From: Octopus sinensis
Taxonomy: Eukaryota
DNA length: 64,000 nt
Assembly: GCF_006345805.1 (NCBI RefSeq)
Contig: NC_042999.1
Span: forward strand, 109,492,001 to 109,556,000
Reading direction: 5' to 3'
Positions 25,256-37,965 of the stretch are shown here, one piece after another. A model generated the notes under the pieces. It ran no database searches. It had not been told where the DNA came from and saw only the letters and a list, made by a program, of their open reading frames with translations. The position numbers and the translations under genes are program-made. Numbering within the stretch: position 1 is the first letter of the stretch; each line of letters starts with the position of its first letter.

Positions 25256-26689
25256 GACACAGAGAAGTGACAGAACCAACTCTAATCTGTAAGTACCTTT
25301 AGCAGACTTCCCTTTGCTCTAAGCATTCAGAGCAGGTATCTGGTCTCAAAATAATTCAACATCCTATTAGCTGAGTGTAGTGGCCCTGATTGTTTGAAAG
25401 TGCAGGTTAATTTGGTTTTCCAGTAGAGGTCTGCTTTTAGTACAATATGGGTCCAGTACCAACATTAATTCTGACAAGCTTACTTATGGCCATTGATTCC
25501 CAACTTTGTCATTTACATGAGTTGATATAGTAAACCCTGTGTTATTTCTTCATTCCTTCACCACTCATTGGTACTTCTTCCTTTAATTCAATATTAAAAA
25601 AATGCTTTTCTTTCTTTCTTTAAAATGAAAAACAAAACCATTTCTGAACCTGTTTTAAAGTGTAACATTGTAACATCTTTAGAAAAGTTTGCTTTTATTG
25701 TTTCCAGGTAAGCACAAAACTTAAGAATTTTAAAGAATTTTAGAGGACAATTAATGGATGTTCTTTTTATATCTTTATTTGTGACTTTCTGAAGGGCATT
25801 AGCAATGTAAGTAAATGCAGGTCCTAAATGTACATTGAAACAATTAACTGGATGTAACTTACTGAAAAATTTATTATTATTTCATGGTACTTGCCAACGG
25901 GCGTCTTTTAGTAATGACAAAAGCAATATTTACATTACTTTTAAAAACTTTAATTATGGTTTTTAGGAAGAATAATTAATGTCTCAAATATTTAAAGATG
26001 TTTAATTTCATTTTCATTACTGTCTCTAATTACATTCCTTATTTTTAGATAACAATGAATTCAATGTTGTAAAATGAATGTGCAAATCTATATAGTATAA
26101 TGTTTGCTTTTCAGTTACATGGTTCTTGGTTCATTCTCACTTTGCAGTACCTTGGGCTACTGTTTTCTTAAATAATCCCAGGGTGATCCAAGCCTTGTGA
26201 CTGACACTGGGTAATGGAACATATGTGGAACTTTGTTGGATAGACTTTATCTACTTAGGTGGTAGCCCTAATCTATCACTAGTTTGACATCACTTCATGG
26301 ATCTTGGACACTTTTAGTGGAGTCAGGCTGGAATTTATTAAAGGCACTTACTTTCATTCATAGCCCAACTTAGTATGTTTTCATTTACTCTGTCTATAAA
26401 AAGAATTTCTTTTCTAAGACAGCTACTGCAGTGAAGATTTTTCCATATTTGAGTGTACATGAATCTGTTAAATATAATGTATACAGATTTATTTTAAATA
26501 TAAACAAAATTCAAATTAAAACAAATAAGGGCACAGATGAAGGCTACCCCTTAAGCTGGATCAGAGCATTTTAAAACTATATCCTGTGTTGGATGATGTG
26601 AAAAATATAACATGTTTATTTCATGCAATGATAGACTATAAGTATGGGTGAGTGGGTTTCACCAAGGTGTCTATCATCTGAAGGTCTTT

Positions 26690-27400
26690 TCAATTCTGGT
26701 CCTATTTCCTCCTCCTCTATCAGTACATCATCTCTTCAGGTCTTTCATTAGATTTATCAGTATCTCAGTGTTTTGAAAAATACCTCTTTATATGTCATAC
26801 TTGTCATCGTGTCTTTTCCTCTTTCTGCCATCTGCGACATTTAGCTTATAAGTTTTGGATAACTCTATAGTCACCTGAATATGAAGGCCATGCAGCTCCC
26901 ATCAAAACTCATGCTGTGGGTCACTTCTGCACTCAATATTCTCTTTGTCGTGCTGTAAGCTAAGAGTCAGCACTAGTAACTCTAGACATGTTCCCTTTAT
27001 TCCATTTTCTTGATACATTGCAGCATCAGCCTGTGGAGAAACATGAAGTACACCAGCTCTACTTGTCTCTTTGCTTAATCTTTGATCTTAAAAGTCTTCT
27101 TGTTGAAGGAGCATACAGCCTATATCACATCGGCTAAGACACTGTCCAGATTCTCTTTAGCAGATATATGGAGACCCTCCATTTTTTTAAAACAGAGCTA
27201 TATTACTATTTGCCTGCTTTGAGTAAATTCCACAGGTAAGGAGATTGTTTCATCTGTAACTGATCTCTTCCAATCTTTTCTTTTACTGGAACTGATCCAC
27301 CTTCAATAACACTTTTTAGCTTACAACATTAGTATGAGATAAGGTACCGCCATTTTTAGTGCTTTTGTTATTGCCAATTAAATTTGCATTACAGAAGCAT
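26690..27400 (-). mobile_element. Possible ancient RTE-like RT relic
   Basis: Purine-rich minus strand with fragments such as PVEF-LKAG and LLKRIW, resembling the RT N-terminal G.D.IP.ELLKAG...IW motif; heavily disrupted. Confidence 0.3.
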
Positions 27401-28494
27401 GACTTTATTTAACTGCTAATTTTACAGTATTCTTTTTTTGTCAAAGCTGTTCTTGCGTCTGAAAGAATTTTGGGGGAAGAATTCACAGCTACAAACACTG
27501 TGGCTACCATCTCCTCATGTTACTATATAGATGGTCATAAAGAACCATAGCAGACAAAGCAAAATGGATGTTTGCAAACAGATATATACACAATGAAATA
27601 TTTAAGAATCATCATCAACATGTTTTGGCTTGGTTTCTATGGCTGGATGCCCTTCTTAATGCCAACTACTTTACAAAGTGTACTGGGTGCTTTGCTTCTT
27701 TTCACTGCAGAAAATGGGGTAGATGTTTAAATATTTTGAAGGCCTTTGTTGTTGACAAAATAGCACAAATACTGTTTTTTTACCATCAAGTAATCCTGTA
27801 AGAAATCACCTTTTCATCACAGAACTTCAGAAAATGCATGCATTCATGGCAAACAACCACAAGAATAACAACATCTGCATCAGCAATAATAATAATACTA
27901 ATAATAATCAGTCATGATTAGATGTTTTCAAAACATTTAGATCAAATAGATTTACTTGAATGTATGAAAACTAAAACTAATTCATGCTCTTGCAAATTTG
28001 TGACAGCAATTATGATGTTTTCTTTGACACTTTAATGTTTTCCAGCTGTCAATTAGCTCATCTTTTATATATCTGTTCAATGTAGGAGAAAGAAAAGCAA
28101 AGAGCAAGCAATAGAAAGAAATGACTATGCAGTATTAGACAAATATATTGCTAAGGGTTTGACCAATTATTGAATTTGTGTTCATGAGACATTTCAAAAT
28201 CCATCCAGGTCAACAAATGATATTGTATTATATCATGCATTTAGTTGAAGACATTCACAATAAACAAAAAGAAAAGAAAAAATTTAATAGTACGAAAAGA
28301 CAAAAAAAAATGGAAAGGATAAAAAAAAATATATATAATTTGATTAGCTTCAGTGATTTGTTTTACCAGTTTCTATCTCATGATAATTGGCTGGGATGAA
28401 ACTGGTTGAGTATGCTAGAAATTATGTGTGTAAGCATATGTATACTTATATATCTATACATACACTAACACACGCACAAATATATCTACATCTA

Positions 28495-28535
28495 TATTTA
28501 TCTATCTGTCTATCCTACGTATCTCTGCCTATCTG

Positions 28536-28607
<72 letters not shown>

Positions 28608-28741
28608 CCTATCTATCTATCTATCTATTTATCTATTTGTCTGCCTATTGCTATCACACACATTAAATGTATTTATTTGAATGCGTGCTTGTAAACATAT
28701 ATAAGTATATATTTATGTGTATGCTTATATGCATATATGTA

Positions 28742-28773
<32 letters not shown>

Positions 28774-28925
28774 CACATATATATATACACACACATATAT
28801 ATATACACACATGTTCATATGCATAAATATATGTATATGTGCACATGCATATATCTATATACAAATTATGTTTATATATGCTTTTGTACTATATACACAT
28901 ATGCATAAACATACACACTCACACA
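28495..28925. repeat. (TATC)n followed by (TA)/(CA) compound microsatellite
   Basis: Directly visible. Confidence 0.95.
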
Positions 28926-29084
28926 CAATTGCTTTTTTACGTTTTTTTCATAATAGTACAGGATAATGGAATATAATATTGAGGCATTGTTTCATAGCTT
29001 GATACCTTTCCTGTTACTAATACTTTTCTTTTTTTTTAAGTAAATAATCTCTTATATCACATGTCATTGTTTTGTTGAAGACTT

Positions 29085-29490
29085 GTTGACAAAAGTGGTG
29101 GTGTGGTTAGGAAATTCACTTTGCAACCATGTGGTTTCAGGTTCAGTCCTACTGTGTAGCACTTCGAGCAAGTGCGTTCTAATATAGTGCCATTTGGTGG
29201 ATGGAAACCGTGTGGAATCCCATTGTATATGTGTGAGTGTGTATGTGTATGTGCACATGCATGTGTGTGCATGTGTATGTGTGTGTGTCTTTGTGTTTGT
29301 GTTTGTTCCCCCTCATCCTTCAACCCCATGTTTGTTTACATCCCCATAACTTAGCAGTTCATCAAAACGAACCGAGATAATAAGTGCCTGACTTCAAAAA
29401 TAAGTACTGGAGTTCATTCGTTTGCCTAGACCCTTCAAGGCAGTGCCCCAGCATGGCCACAGTTGACTGATTGAAACTAGTGAAAAGTAA
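29085..29490 (+). mobile_element. SINE family A (diverged)
   Basis: gtggtgtggttaggaaattcactttgcaaccatgtggtttcaggttcagtcc head, and 3' end gtgccccagcatggccacagttgactgattgaaac. Confidence 0.8.
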
Positions 29491-29646
29491 AGGAAACAAC
29501 AGCAACCTCACTGCTTATAGCTCAGTAATTCCTGGAAAAGCTTAAATGCAAATGGACACACACACACACACACAAACACATATGCATGCAAGCACACACA
29601 AACACACACATGTATTTATATATAGATGTATATGTGTATATATATA

Positions 29647-30670
29647 TCTTTATATATATAAAACTGAGAATGTGTGTGTGTCTGTCTGTCTGTCTGTGTG
29701 TTTCCCTAAAACTTGAGAACTACTCAACCAATTTCATTCAAGTTTTACACATGCCTTACTTAGGGTCTATGTAGTTTCATGGGAAAAAAATGTTCAACTT
29801 CTTGCCTAGAGTGAGCCCATAGCAATATCATATCTTCTCCACTATTTCAGTATTACATGTTAAAAGTGAAACAAAAACATTTCTCTATTTTATGTCAGAT
29901 ACTTTCAGTTTAACAATAAAAATAATAATAACAATTGAATTATATGTAGTAAGTAATAATTAAAATCAAACTAAAGTATAATAATATAATCGTAACATAA
30001 CAAAAGTAAAAATAGCAATTGGTATAAAATTGCATCAATGACTTGAACGTGAGTAAGTGGTTTCACATGAATGGGAATAAATTAAAAATATAATTAGCGT
30101 GCAGAAATGGAATAGTCCAGATGGATAATGAAAAATTAAATTAAAGAAAATACTATTGTCTATAAAGTATACAATGTAGAGAAAAAAGAGTTGAACACAT
30201 GGAGGAAAGCACCTTTGAAAAGTGTCTTGGTGCGACTATGAAAGATATCTAATCAGAGGCGGTAAATTCGCCACAATAGAAGCAATGTCCGAGTCAATGG
30301 AGCATGCAAGGGAGTACTCGACTCGAACTTGCAAAGTGGAAATATTTTATTTTTACCTTTATATCTGGGATGTAGGATGTCCCGGAAAAAAATTTTAAAT
30401 GCCCCTCCCCACCACCAGAAGTAGAGGTAGGCTGGATTGTAGCCACACTTCTATACAATTGATTGAAATTACAAGAGACGGGCTAACAATTCCAGTCTGT
30501 TATATATTTTGAGTATTATTATCATTAGCGATATCAAGATATAACTTTGTATTTTGTATTTTATGTGTAGATGTATATATATAGATGTACATGTAATATG
30601 TACACATATATAAACACATATATACATGCACTAGCATTATGACCCGGCAACGACGGGTCTTTAATGCTAG
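29647..30670 (+). mobile_element. Non-autonomous Helitron (about 1.0 kb)
   Basis: 5' TC(TTTATATATATAAAA) followed by (TGTC)n; 3' hairpin GACCCG-gcaacga-CGGGTC ending in CTAG; inserted between A and T with no TSD. Confidence 0.75.
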
Positions 30671-30692
30671 TATATATATATATATATATATA

Positions 30693-32928
30693 TCATCATC
30701 ATCATCATCATCATCGTTTAACGTCTGCTTTCCATGCTAGCATGGGTTGGACGGTTCAACTGGGGTCTGGGGAGCCCGAAGGCTGCACCAGGCCAGTCAG
30801 ATCTGGCAGTGTTTCTACAGCTGGATGCCCTTCCTAACGCCAACCACTCCGAGAGTGTTGTGGGTGATTTTATGTGCCACCGACACAGGTGCCAGACGAG
30901 GCTGGCAGACGGCCACGCTCGGATGGTGTTTTTTTATGTGCCACCGACACAGGTGCCAGACGAGGCTGGCGAATGGCCACGATTGGATGGTGTTTGTTAC
31001 GTGCCCACAGCACGGAGGCCAGTCGATGCGGTACTGGCTACGGCCACGTTCGGATGGTTTTCTTATGTGCCACAAAGATACAAATTCCATTGATGTTCAT
31101 CTATTTTGATTTGATTTGATTTTCACTTGCCTCAACAGGTCTTCACAAGTGTCACAAGAAGGAAGGTATGCACAGGTGGACTGACTACGTCCCAGGTAGG
31201 GACCACGGGTTATGGCCTCACTAGACTTGCCAGGTCTTCTCACGCACAGCATACTTCCATAGGTCTCGGTCTCTAAAGTTCGAAGGTCGTGCTTCACCAC
31301 CTTGTCCCAGGTTTTCCTGGGTCTACCTCTTCCACAGGTTCCCTCAACTGCTAGGGTGTAGCACTTTTGCACAACTATTTTCAGCCATTCTCATCACATG
31401 ACCATACCAGTGCAGCCGTCTCTCTTGCACACCACAACTGATGCTTCTTAGGTTCAACTTTTCTCTCAAGGTACTTACACTCTGTCGATTATGAACACTG
31501 ACATTACACATCCATCAGAGCATACTGGCTTCATTTCTTGCGAGCTTACACATATCCTCAGCAGTCACGGCCCATGTTTCCCTACCATGTAGCATGGCTG
31601 TACGTACACATGCATCATACAGTCTACCTTTTACTCTGAGTGAGAGGCCTTTTGTCACCAGCAGGGGTAAGAGCTCTCTAAACTTTGCCCAGGCTATTCT
31701 TACTCTAGCCGTTACACTTTCAGTACACCCACCCCCGCTACTGACTTGGTCACCTAGGTAGTGGAAGCTATCAACTACTTCTAGTTTGTCTCCCTGGAAC
31801 GTGGTAAAAGTTGGTCTCTGCACATTTCCAGTGTTTATTGCTCCTGAGCATCTGCCACATACAAAAACTATTTTCCTAGTTAGCCTTCCTTTGACATTGC
31901 TGCACCTTTTATGTGTCCATAGCTTACACTTGGTGCACCTTATAGAGTTTCTACCTACACCTTTTTTACAGATCGAGCAGGGCCATCTACCTGAAGTCGT
32001 TTGTGATTGGTCCACCTTTCTACTTATTAGGACTTTGGTTTTGGCTAGGTTGATTCTAAGGCCCTTCGATTCTAATCCTTGTTTCCACACCTGAAACTTC
32101 TCCTCCAGTTCTGATAGTGACTCAGCAATTAGAGCAAGGTCATCAGCATAGAGGAGCTCCCAGGGGCATCCTGTCTTGAATTCCTCCGTTATTGCCTGGA
32201 GGACTATGATAAATAGGAGGGGACTGAGGACTGAACCTTAGTGGACCCCAACCTCTACCCGGAATTCTTCACTGTACTCGTTGCCAACCCTCACCTTACA
32301 AGCAGCGTCTCTGTGCATGGCTCGCACAGCTCTCACTAACCATTCATCTATCCCTAGTTTCCTCATTGACCACCAGATAAGGGATCGGGGGGACCCTGTC
32401 AAAGGCTTTCTCCATGTCAACAAAAGCCAGGTACAGGGGCTTATCTTTGGCTAGGTATTTCTCCTGCAGCTGTCTTACCAGGAATATAGCATCAGTAGTA
32501 CTTTTCCCTGGCATGAACCCAAACTGCATCTCATCTAAGCTAACTCTCTCTCTAATTAATTGGGCTATAACCCTCTCCGTAACCTTCATTACCTGATCCA
32601 GCAGCTTGATGCCCCTGTAGTTATTTGTATCTAGGGTGTCACCTTTACCTTTGTAGCAGTTGACTATTATGCTGCTACATCAGTCATTGGGAATGACTCC
32701 TTCGTGTATCACCTGGTTAACTATACGGGTGACTATGCTATAGCCGACACTACCAGATATTTTGAGCATCTCTGCAGTAATTCCTGATGGGCCTGGGGCT
32801 TTCCCTGTTTTCATGCTTGTAATTGCCTTAACTACTAAGGAACTGTTAACTCGGATTGCTGGTCCCTCTGTTGGGTCGACATTCGGCAGACTCTCTTTAT
32901 CCCATTCATTTTCCTCATTCAGCAACCT
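30693..32928 (-). mobile_element. RTE-clade LINE, 5'-truncated (RT region to tail), with frameshifts
   Basis: ORF pieces KTGKAPGPSGITAEML, QFGFMPGKSTTDAIF...FVDMEKAFDRV, EELLYADD region (32160), KTKVLIS...CSICKKGVG...HKRC; 3' UTR repeats; (cat)n tail. Confidence 0.95.
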
Positions 32929-33085
32929 CGACAGGCTTCTTTCAGTTTCCATCTACCAAATCCACTCACAGGCTTTGGTTGGCCCGAGGCTATAGTAGAA
33001 GACACTTGCCCAAGATGCCACACAGTGGAACTGAACCCAGAACCATATGATTGGTAAGCAAGCTACTTACCACACACCCACTCCA
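32929..33085 (-). mobile_element. SINE family A, head half only, joined directly to the RTE 5' end
   Basis: cgacaggcttctttcagtttccatctaccaaatcc...ggtaagcaagctacttaccacac. Confidence 0.85.
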
Positions 33086-33604
33086 GTGCTTATATACACA
33101 CAAACACACACACAAGAAAAAAGAAAAACATGTATATATGTAACTGAAAAGTTTGTCTTGTGACTTGAATTTATTGATATACCTTTTTTTTATTTCTCTA
33201 TTTGCATTCAAATATTCTCTTTAAACATTACTTCATTTATTACAAATTATACCAACTTATAAACGCCTGCCTTTCTTTTTAGGCAAGTTAAGCAACTGTT
33301 TTATAAGGATTGTCCACATTTGCAAGACTGTAAGAAAGAATGAATCATTCACTAAAATTGTATATACAACACTAAACTGTCACAATGTTAAGACAATAAT
33401 AATGCTCATACAGCTACTTGACAAACTACCAAGCTAAAACAGCCCAAAATTTGGGAGCAACTTTTAACTATGCAGTGGTATTGTTTTGACTGTCTCATGA
33501 CATATCTACTGGACTGAACCTTTGACATGGCCTTCATATGTGACTATCACAAGACCTTAATACATAGATATAGCAGAGAACTGATCAAGAAATTTCCCTA
33601 TAAG

Positions 33605-33779
33605 CATAGGAGAGGCTGTGTGGTAAGTAACTTGCTTACCAACCATATGGTTCTGGGTTCAGTCCCACTGCATGGCACTTTGGGTAAGTGACTTCTACTA
33701 TAGCCTCAGGCCGACCAAAGCCTTGTGAGGGGATTTGGTAGACGGAAACTGAAAGAAGCCCGTCGTATATATGTGTATA

Positions 33780-33833
<54 letters not shown>

Positions 33834-34067
33834 TATATATATGTACGTGTTTGTATATGTTTGTGTGTCTGTGTTTGTCCCCCCAACATCGCTTGACAAC
33901 CGATGCTGGTATGTTTAGGTCCCTGTAACTTAGCGGTTCAGCAAAAGCGACCAATAGAGTAAGTACTAGGCTTACAAAGAATAAGTCCTGGGGTCGATTT
34001 GCTCGATAAAAGCGGTGCTCCAGCATGGCCACAGTCAAATGACTGAAACAAGTAAAAGTGTAAAGAG
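33605..34067 (+). mobile_element. SINE family A, full length
   Basis: ggctgtgtggtaagtaacttgc...gggttcagtccc; internal (TA)n; 3' cagtcaaatgactgaaacaagtaaaagtgtaaagag. Confidence 0.92.
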
Positions 34068-34699
34068 TATATATACTATGAACATACATATCTGCTTATA
34101 CATACATACATGTTTGTGCACATGTGTGTATGTATGTGCTGATGCATGTGTGTATCTATACATGTATATACATATGCATTGAAGAGAATTTGTTTTTCAA
34201 GACAATGAAGATCATACGTTGTTTAAATATTTTCACAAATTGAAGTTCTGTTGACAATTGTTGATGTCATAAAATTATTTTTTCTACCATTGATGTTAAC
34301 TTAACATATTATATTCTCAGCAGTGAAACAGCAAACTTTAAATACAATTTCTGTTGAAAATTTTCCTGTACGCATGTGTTTTGGAAAAATGTATATTTAT
34401 TAACTTGAAAAAACTTTTCCTGTACAAGTGCTTACATCTAAATTATATGTATGATTATACAAAGGTATTTTGCGATTTCTAATACTGTGTCTATTGAAAT
34501 TTTGTTTATTTCTTATCAAATAAATATTTGCCTGAAAACCACTAGTTCTTAAGCTATATTGTAGTCAGTTATAAGCATTATTGAAAGAATGTTCATTATA
34601 TAATATATTGGTCAGATGAAAGCTAATATTCTTTTCAACATTGTTGAATAAGTTTGGCAGGTGGTTGAATCTTATGCTAACGTTTTGGGATATGCACAC

Positions 34700-34831
34700 A
34701 TAAACAAGCACACACACACATACATCTATAAATATATGTATAATATATCTATATACTTACAGATATATTGTACATACATACATACACATATATATACACA
34801 TACACACACATATATACATATATGTATATAT

Positions 34832-34862
<31 letters not shown>

Positions 34863-34908
34863 CATACATACAAACATACACACACACATACACACACACA
34901 CATACACA

Positions 34909-34976
<68 letters not shown>

Positions 34977-34997
34977 CACACACACACACATATATAT
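34700..34997. repeat. (CA)/(TA) compound microsatellite
   Basis: Directly visible. Confidence 0.95.
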
Positions 34998-35259
34998 AAA
35001 GTGAAGAGGCATGGCCTTGTGGTTAGAGTGTTGCATTCATGACTGTGGTTTCAATTCCTGGACCAGGTGCTGCTTTGTGTTCTTGAGCAAAATATTTAAT
35101 CTAATGTTGCTCTGGGATCACTTAGACATTTGATATATGATACACCATAAAACCTGTTCAGGCAACACACATTTGATCTCTAGTATGGCATTTTCGGCAG
35201 GAGATTCCTTCATATATAAATATTACTTTTTTACTCTTATATTCTTTTATTTGTTTCAG

Positions 35260-35440
35260 TCATTTGCTTGCGGCCATGCTGGAGCACCTCCTTTAGTCAA
35301 GCAAATCAACCCCAGAACTTATTCTTTGTAAGCCTAGTACCTATTCTACCAGTCTCTTTCACCAAACTGTTAAGCTACGGGGACATAAATACACCAACAT
35401 TGGTTGTCAAGTGATGGTGGGGGGATAAACACAGACACAC
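35260..35440 (-). mobile_element. SINE family A, 3' half
   Basis: gtttcagtcatttgcttgcggccatgctggagcacc...ggggataaacacagacacac. Confidence 0.85.
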
Positions 35441-35471
35441 ATATGCATATATATATATATATATATATGCA

Positions 35472-36357
35472 TCTGCCAGAAGCTAGGAGACAGGTTTATT
35501 TAGCCAGAGGGGAAGCAGATAAGAAAAAAAAATTTGCTAATGTTCTGCACCGTGAGGACCAAAGACTTGAGGTATTTCATGTTGCAAGACAGTGAGAGAG
35601 AATCGTGATGTGGTAGGAGAGAAATGTGTTCGCATGGATGATGGTTCTCTTGTGCTAAATGGGGCTGCAAAGAGAGAGGTTTGGAGACATCACTATGAAA
35701 GGTTGCTCAATAAAGAAAATGAATGGGAGAAAGAGAGTCTGCTGAATGTCGACCCAACAGAGGGACCAGCTATCTGAGTTGACAGTACCTTGGTAGATAA
35801 AGCAATTAAAAGTATGAGGACAGGGAAAGCCCCCAGCTCATCAGGAATTACTGCAGAGATGCTCAAAATATCTGGCAGTGTTGGCTATAGCCTAGTCACC
35901 CGTATAGTTAACCAGGTGATACACGAAGGAGTCATACCCAATGACTGGTGTAGCAGCATAATAGTCAACTACTACAAAGGTAAAGGTGATGCTTTAGATA
36001 CAAATAATTACAGAGGCATCAAGCTTTTGGATCAGGTAATGAAGGTCACAGAGAGGGTCATAGCCCAACTAATTAGGGAGAGAGTCAGTTTGGATGAGAT
36101 GCAGTTTGGGTTCATACCAGGGAAAAACACCACTGGTAAGACAAATACCTAGCCAAAGATAAGCCCCTATACCTGGCTTTCATTGACATGGAGAAAGCCT
36201 TTGACAGGGTCCCTCAATCCCTTATCTGGTGGTCAATGAGGAAACTAGGGATAGATGAATGGTTAGTAAGAGCCATACAAGCTATGTACAGGGATGCTGT
36301 CAGTAAGGTGAGGGTTGGCAATGAGTACAGTGAAGAATTCAGGGTAGAGGTAGGGGT
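35472..36357 (+). mobile_element. RTE LINE internal fragment (N-terminal RT), frameshifted
   Basis: EARRQVYLARGEADKKKFANV, RTGKAPSSSGITAEML, NNYRGIKLLDQ, QFGFIPGK; matches the 56.3-57.4 kb copy. Confidence 0.92.
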
Positions 36358-36884
36358 CAGATGAAGGGGCAAGTTAACCCCAGTACTCAACTGGTACTTA
36401 TTTTATTGACTCCATAAGGATGAAAGGCAAAGTCAACCTTGGCAGAATCTGAACTCAGAACATAAAGACAGATGAAGTGTTGCTAAGCATTTCACCTGGC
36501 TTACTAATTATTCTGCCACCAGTGATTGTAAGAGCATTAGTAATGATCAAAAAAGGAACTCAAAATTATTTGAGAATGTTCCCTGGTTTACCATCCATGT
36601 GAAATGCAAAAGGTTGTTTTAACTGGTATGCAACATGTACTTGAGAAGAGCATTATCGATGCAAGAATGATTACCACCCATATATTTTTTTGTGTGTTTT
36701 TTCTCATAACTTCATTTCGTTTTGAAAATGAACACTCTAGAGAGTTTAGTTTAATGTATACTGTAGGGGTTAGCTTAATGTTTAACTTATCAATGTATAC
36801 AATGAGATTTTTTGCTTTAGAAGTTGGGAAGACATTCAACAAGAAGTGGAAACTGAATTGAAAGATGAAGAACTCATAATAATA

Positions 36885-37066
36885 ATAATAGTATAAAGAA
36901 GGAGGAGGAGGAGGAGGAGGAGGAGGAAGAAGAGGAGGACGAGAAGAAGAAGAAGAAGAAGAAGAAGAAGAAGAAGAAGAAGAAGAAGGAGAAGAAGGAG
37001 GAGAAGAAGAAGAAGAAGAAGAAGAAGAAGAAGAAGAAGAAGAAGAAGAAGAAGAAGAAGAAGAGA
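36885..37066. repeat. (TAA)/(GGA)/(GAA)n trinucleotide repeat
   Basis: Directly visible; it generates the poly-F, poly-S and poly-P ORFs. Confidence 0.96.
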
Positions 37067-37504
37067 TTGTAGTCATAGGTAATACAATGCAAACTTTTCT
37101 AGACCTTCGCACACGCGCACAACGTATGTGTGTGCTTATAACATAAGAGAATCTAGTTTTAAGCTTAGAAGATAAAGATGCCTTTAAACTGTTTGACAGT
37201 ATAAAAGTGGAAAAGGAGAGATTAAATGTGTGAATCATAAACATTTTTATGACATAAAAAAAAATTCCTAACAATGCAAACTAGATAATGTTTTTTAGAC
37301 TGTATTCAATGACAAGTAGGAATTGAACTTGTTTTCTTGATACATCATTCTGCCTTTCTAAAAATTCTACAGTAAGGTTTGATATTTTTAAATAGGAATT
37401 TTTAAAAATCTGATTAAAATTAAAATGGTTCTAATTACTAAATTCAATACTTGGTGGTAGAAGAATATTTTATCTGTTGAACATCATCATATGGACTATA
37501 CACT

Positions 37505-37753
37505 TTACTCTTTTACTCTTTTACTTGTTTCAGTCATTTAACTTTGGCCATGCTGGAGCACCGCCTTTAGTCGAGCAAATCAACCCCAGAACTTATTGTT
37601 TGTAAGCCTAGTACTTGTTCTATCGGTCTCTTTTGCTGAACTGCTAGGTTACAGGGACATAAACACACTAGCGATGTTGGGGGGAAAACACAGACACACA
37701 AACATATACACACACATACACACACGCACACACACACACACACACTCACACAT

Positions 37754-37784
<31 letters not shown>

Positions 37785-37965
37785 CATACATACATATATA
37801 CGACAGGCTTCTTTAAGTTTCCCTCTACTAAATCCACTCACAAGGCTTTGGTCATCCCGAGGCTATAATAGAAGGCACTTGCCCAAGGTGCCATGCGGTG
37901 GGACTGAACCCAGAACCATGTGGTTTGTAAGCCGGCTACTTATCATACAGCCACTCCTATGCCAG
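37505..37965 (-). mobile_element. SINE family A, full length
   Basis: Reverse complement of head, body and (ttttactc)n tail. Confidence 0.9.
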
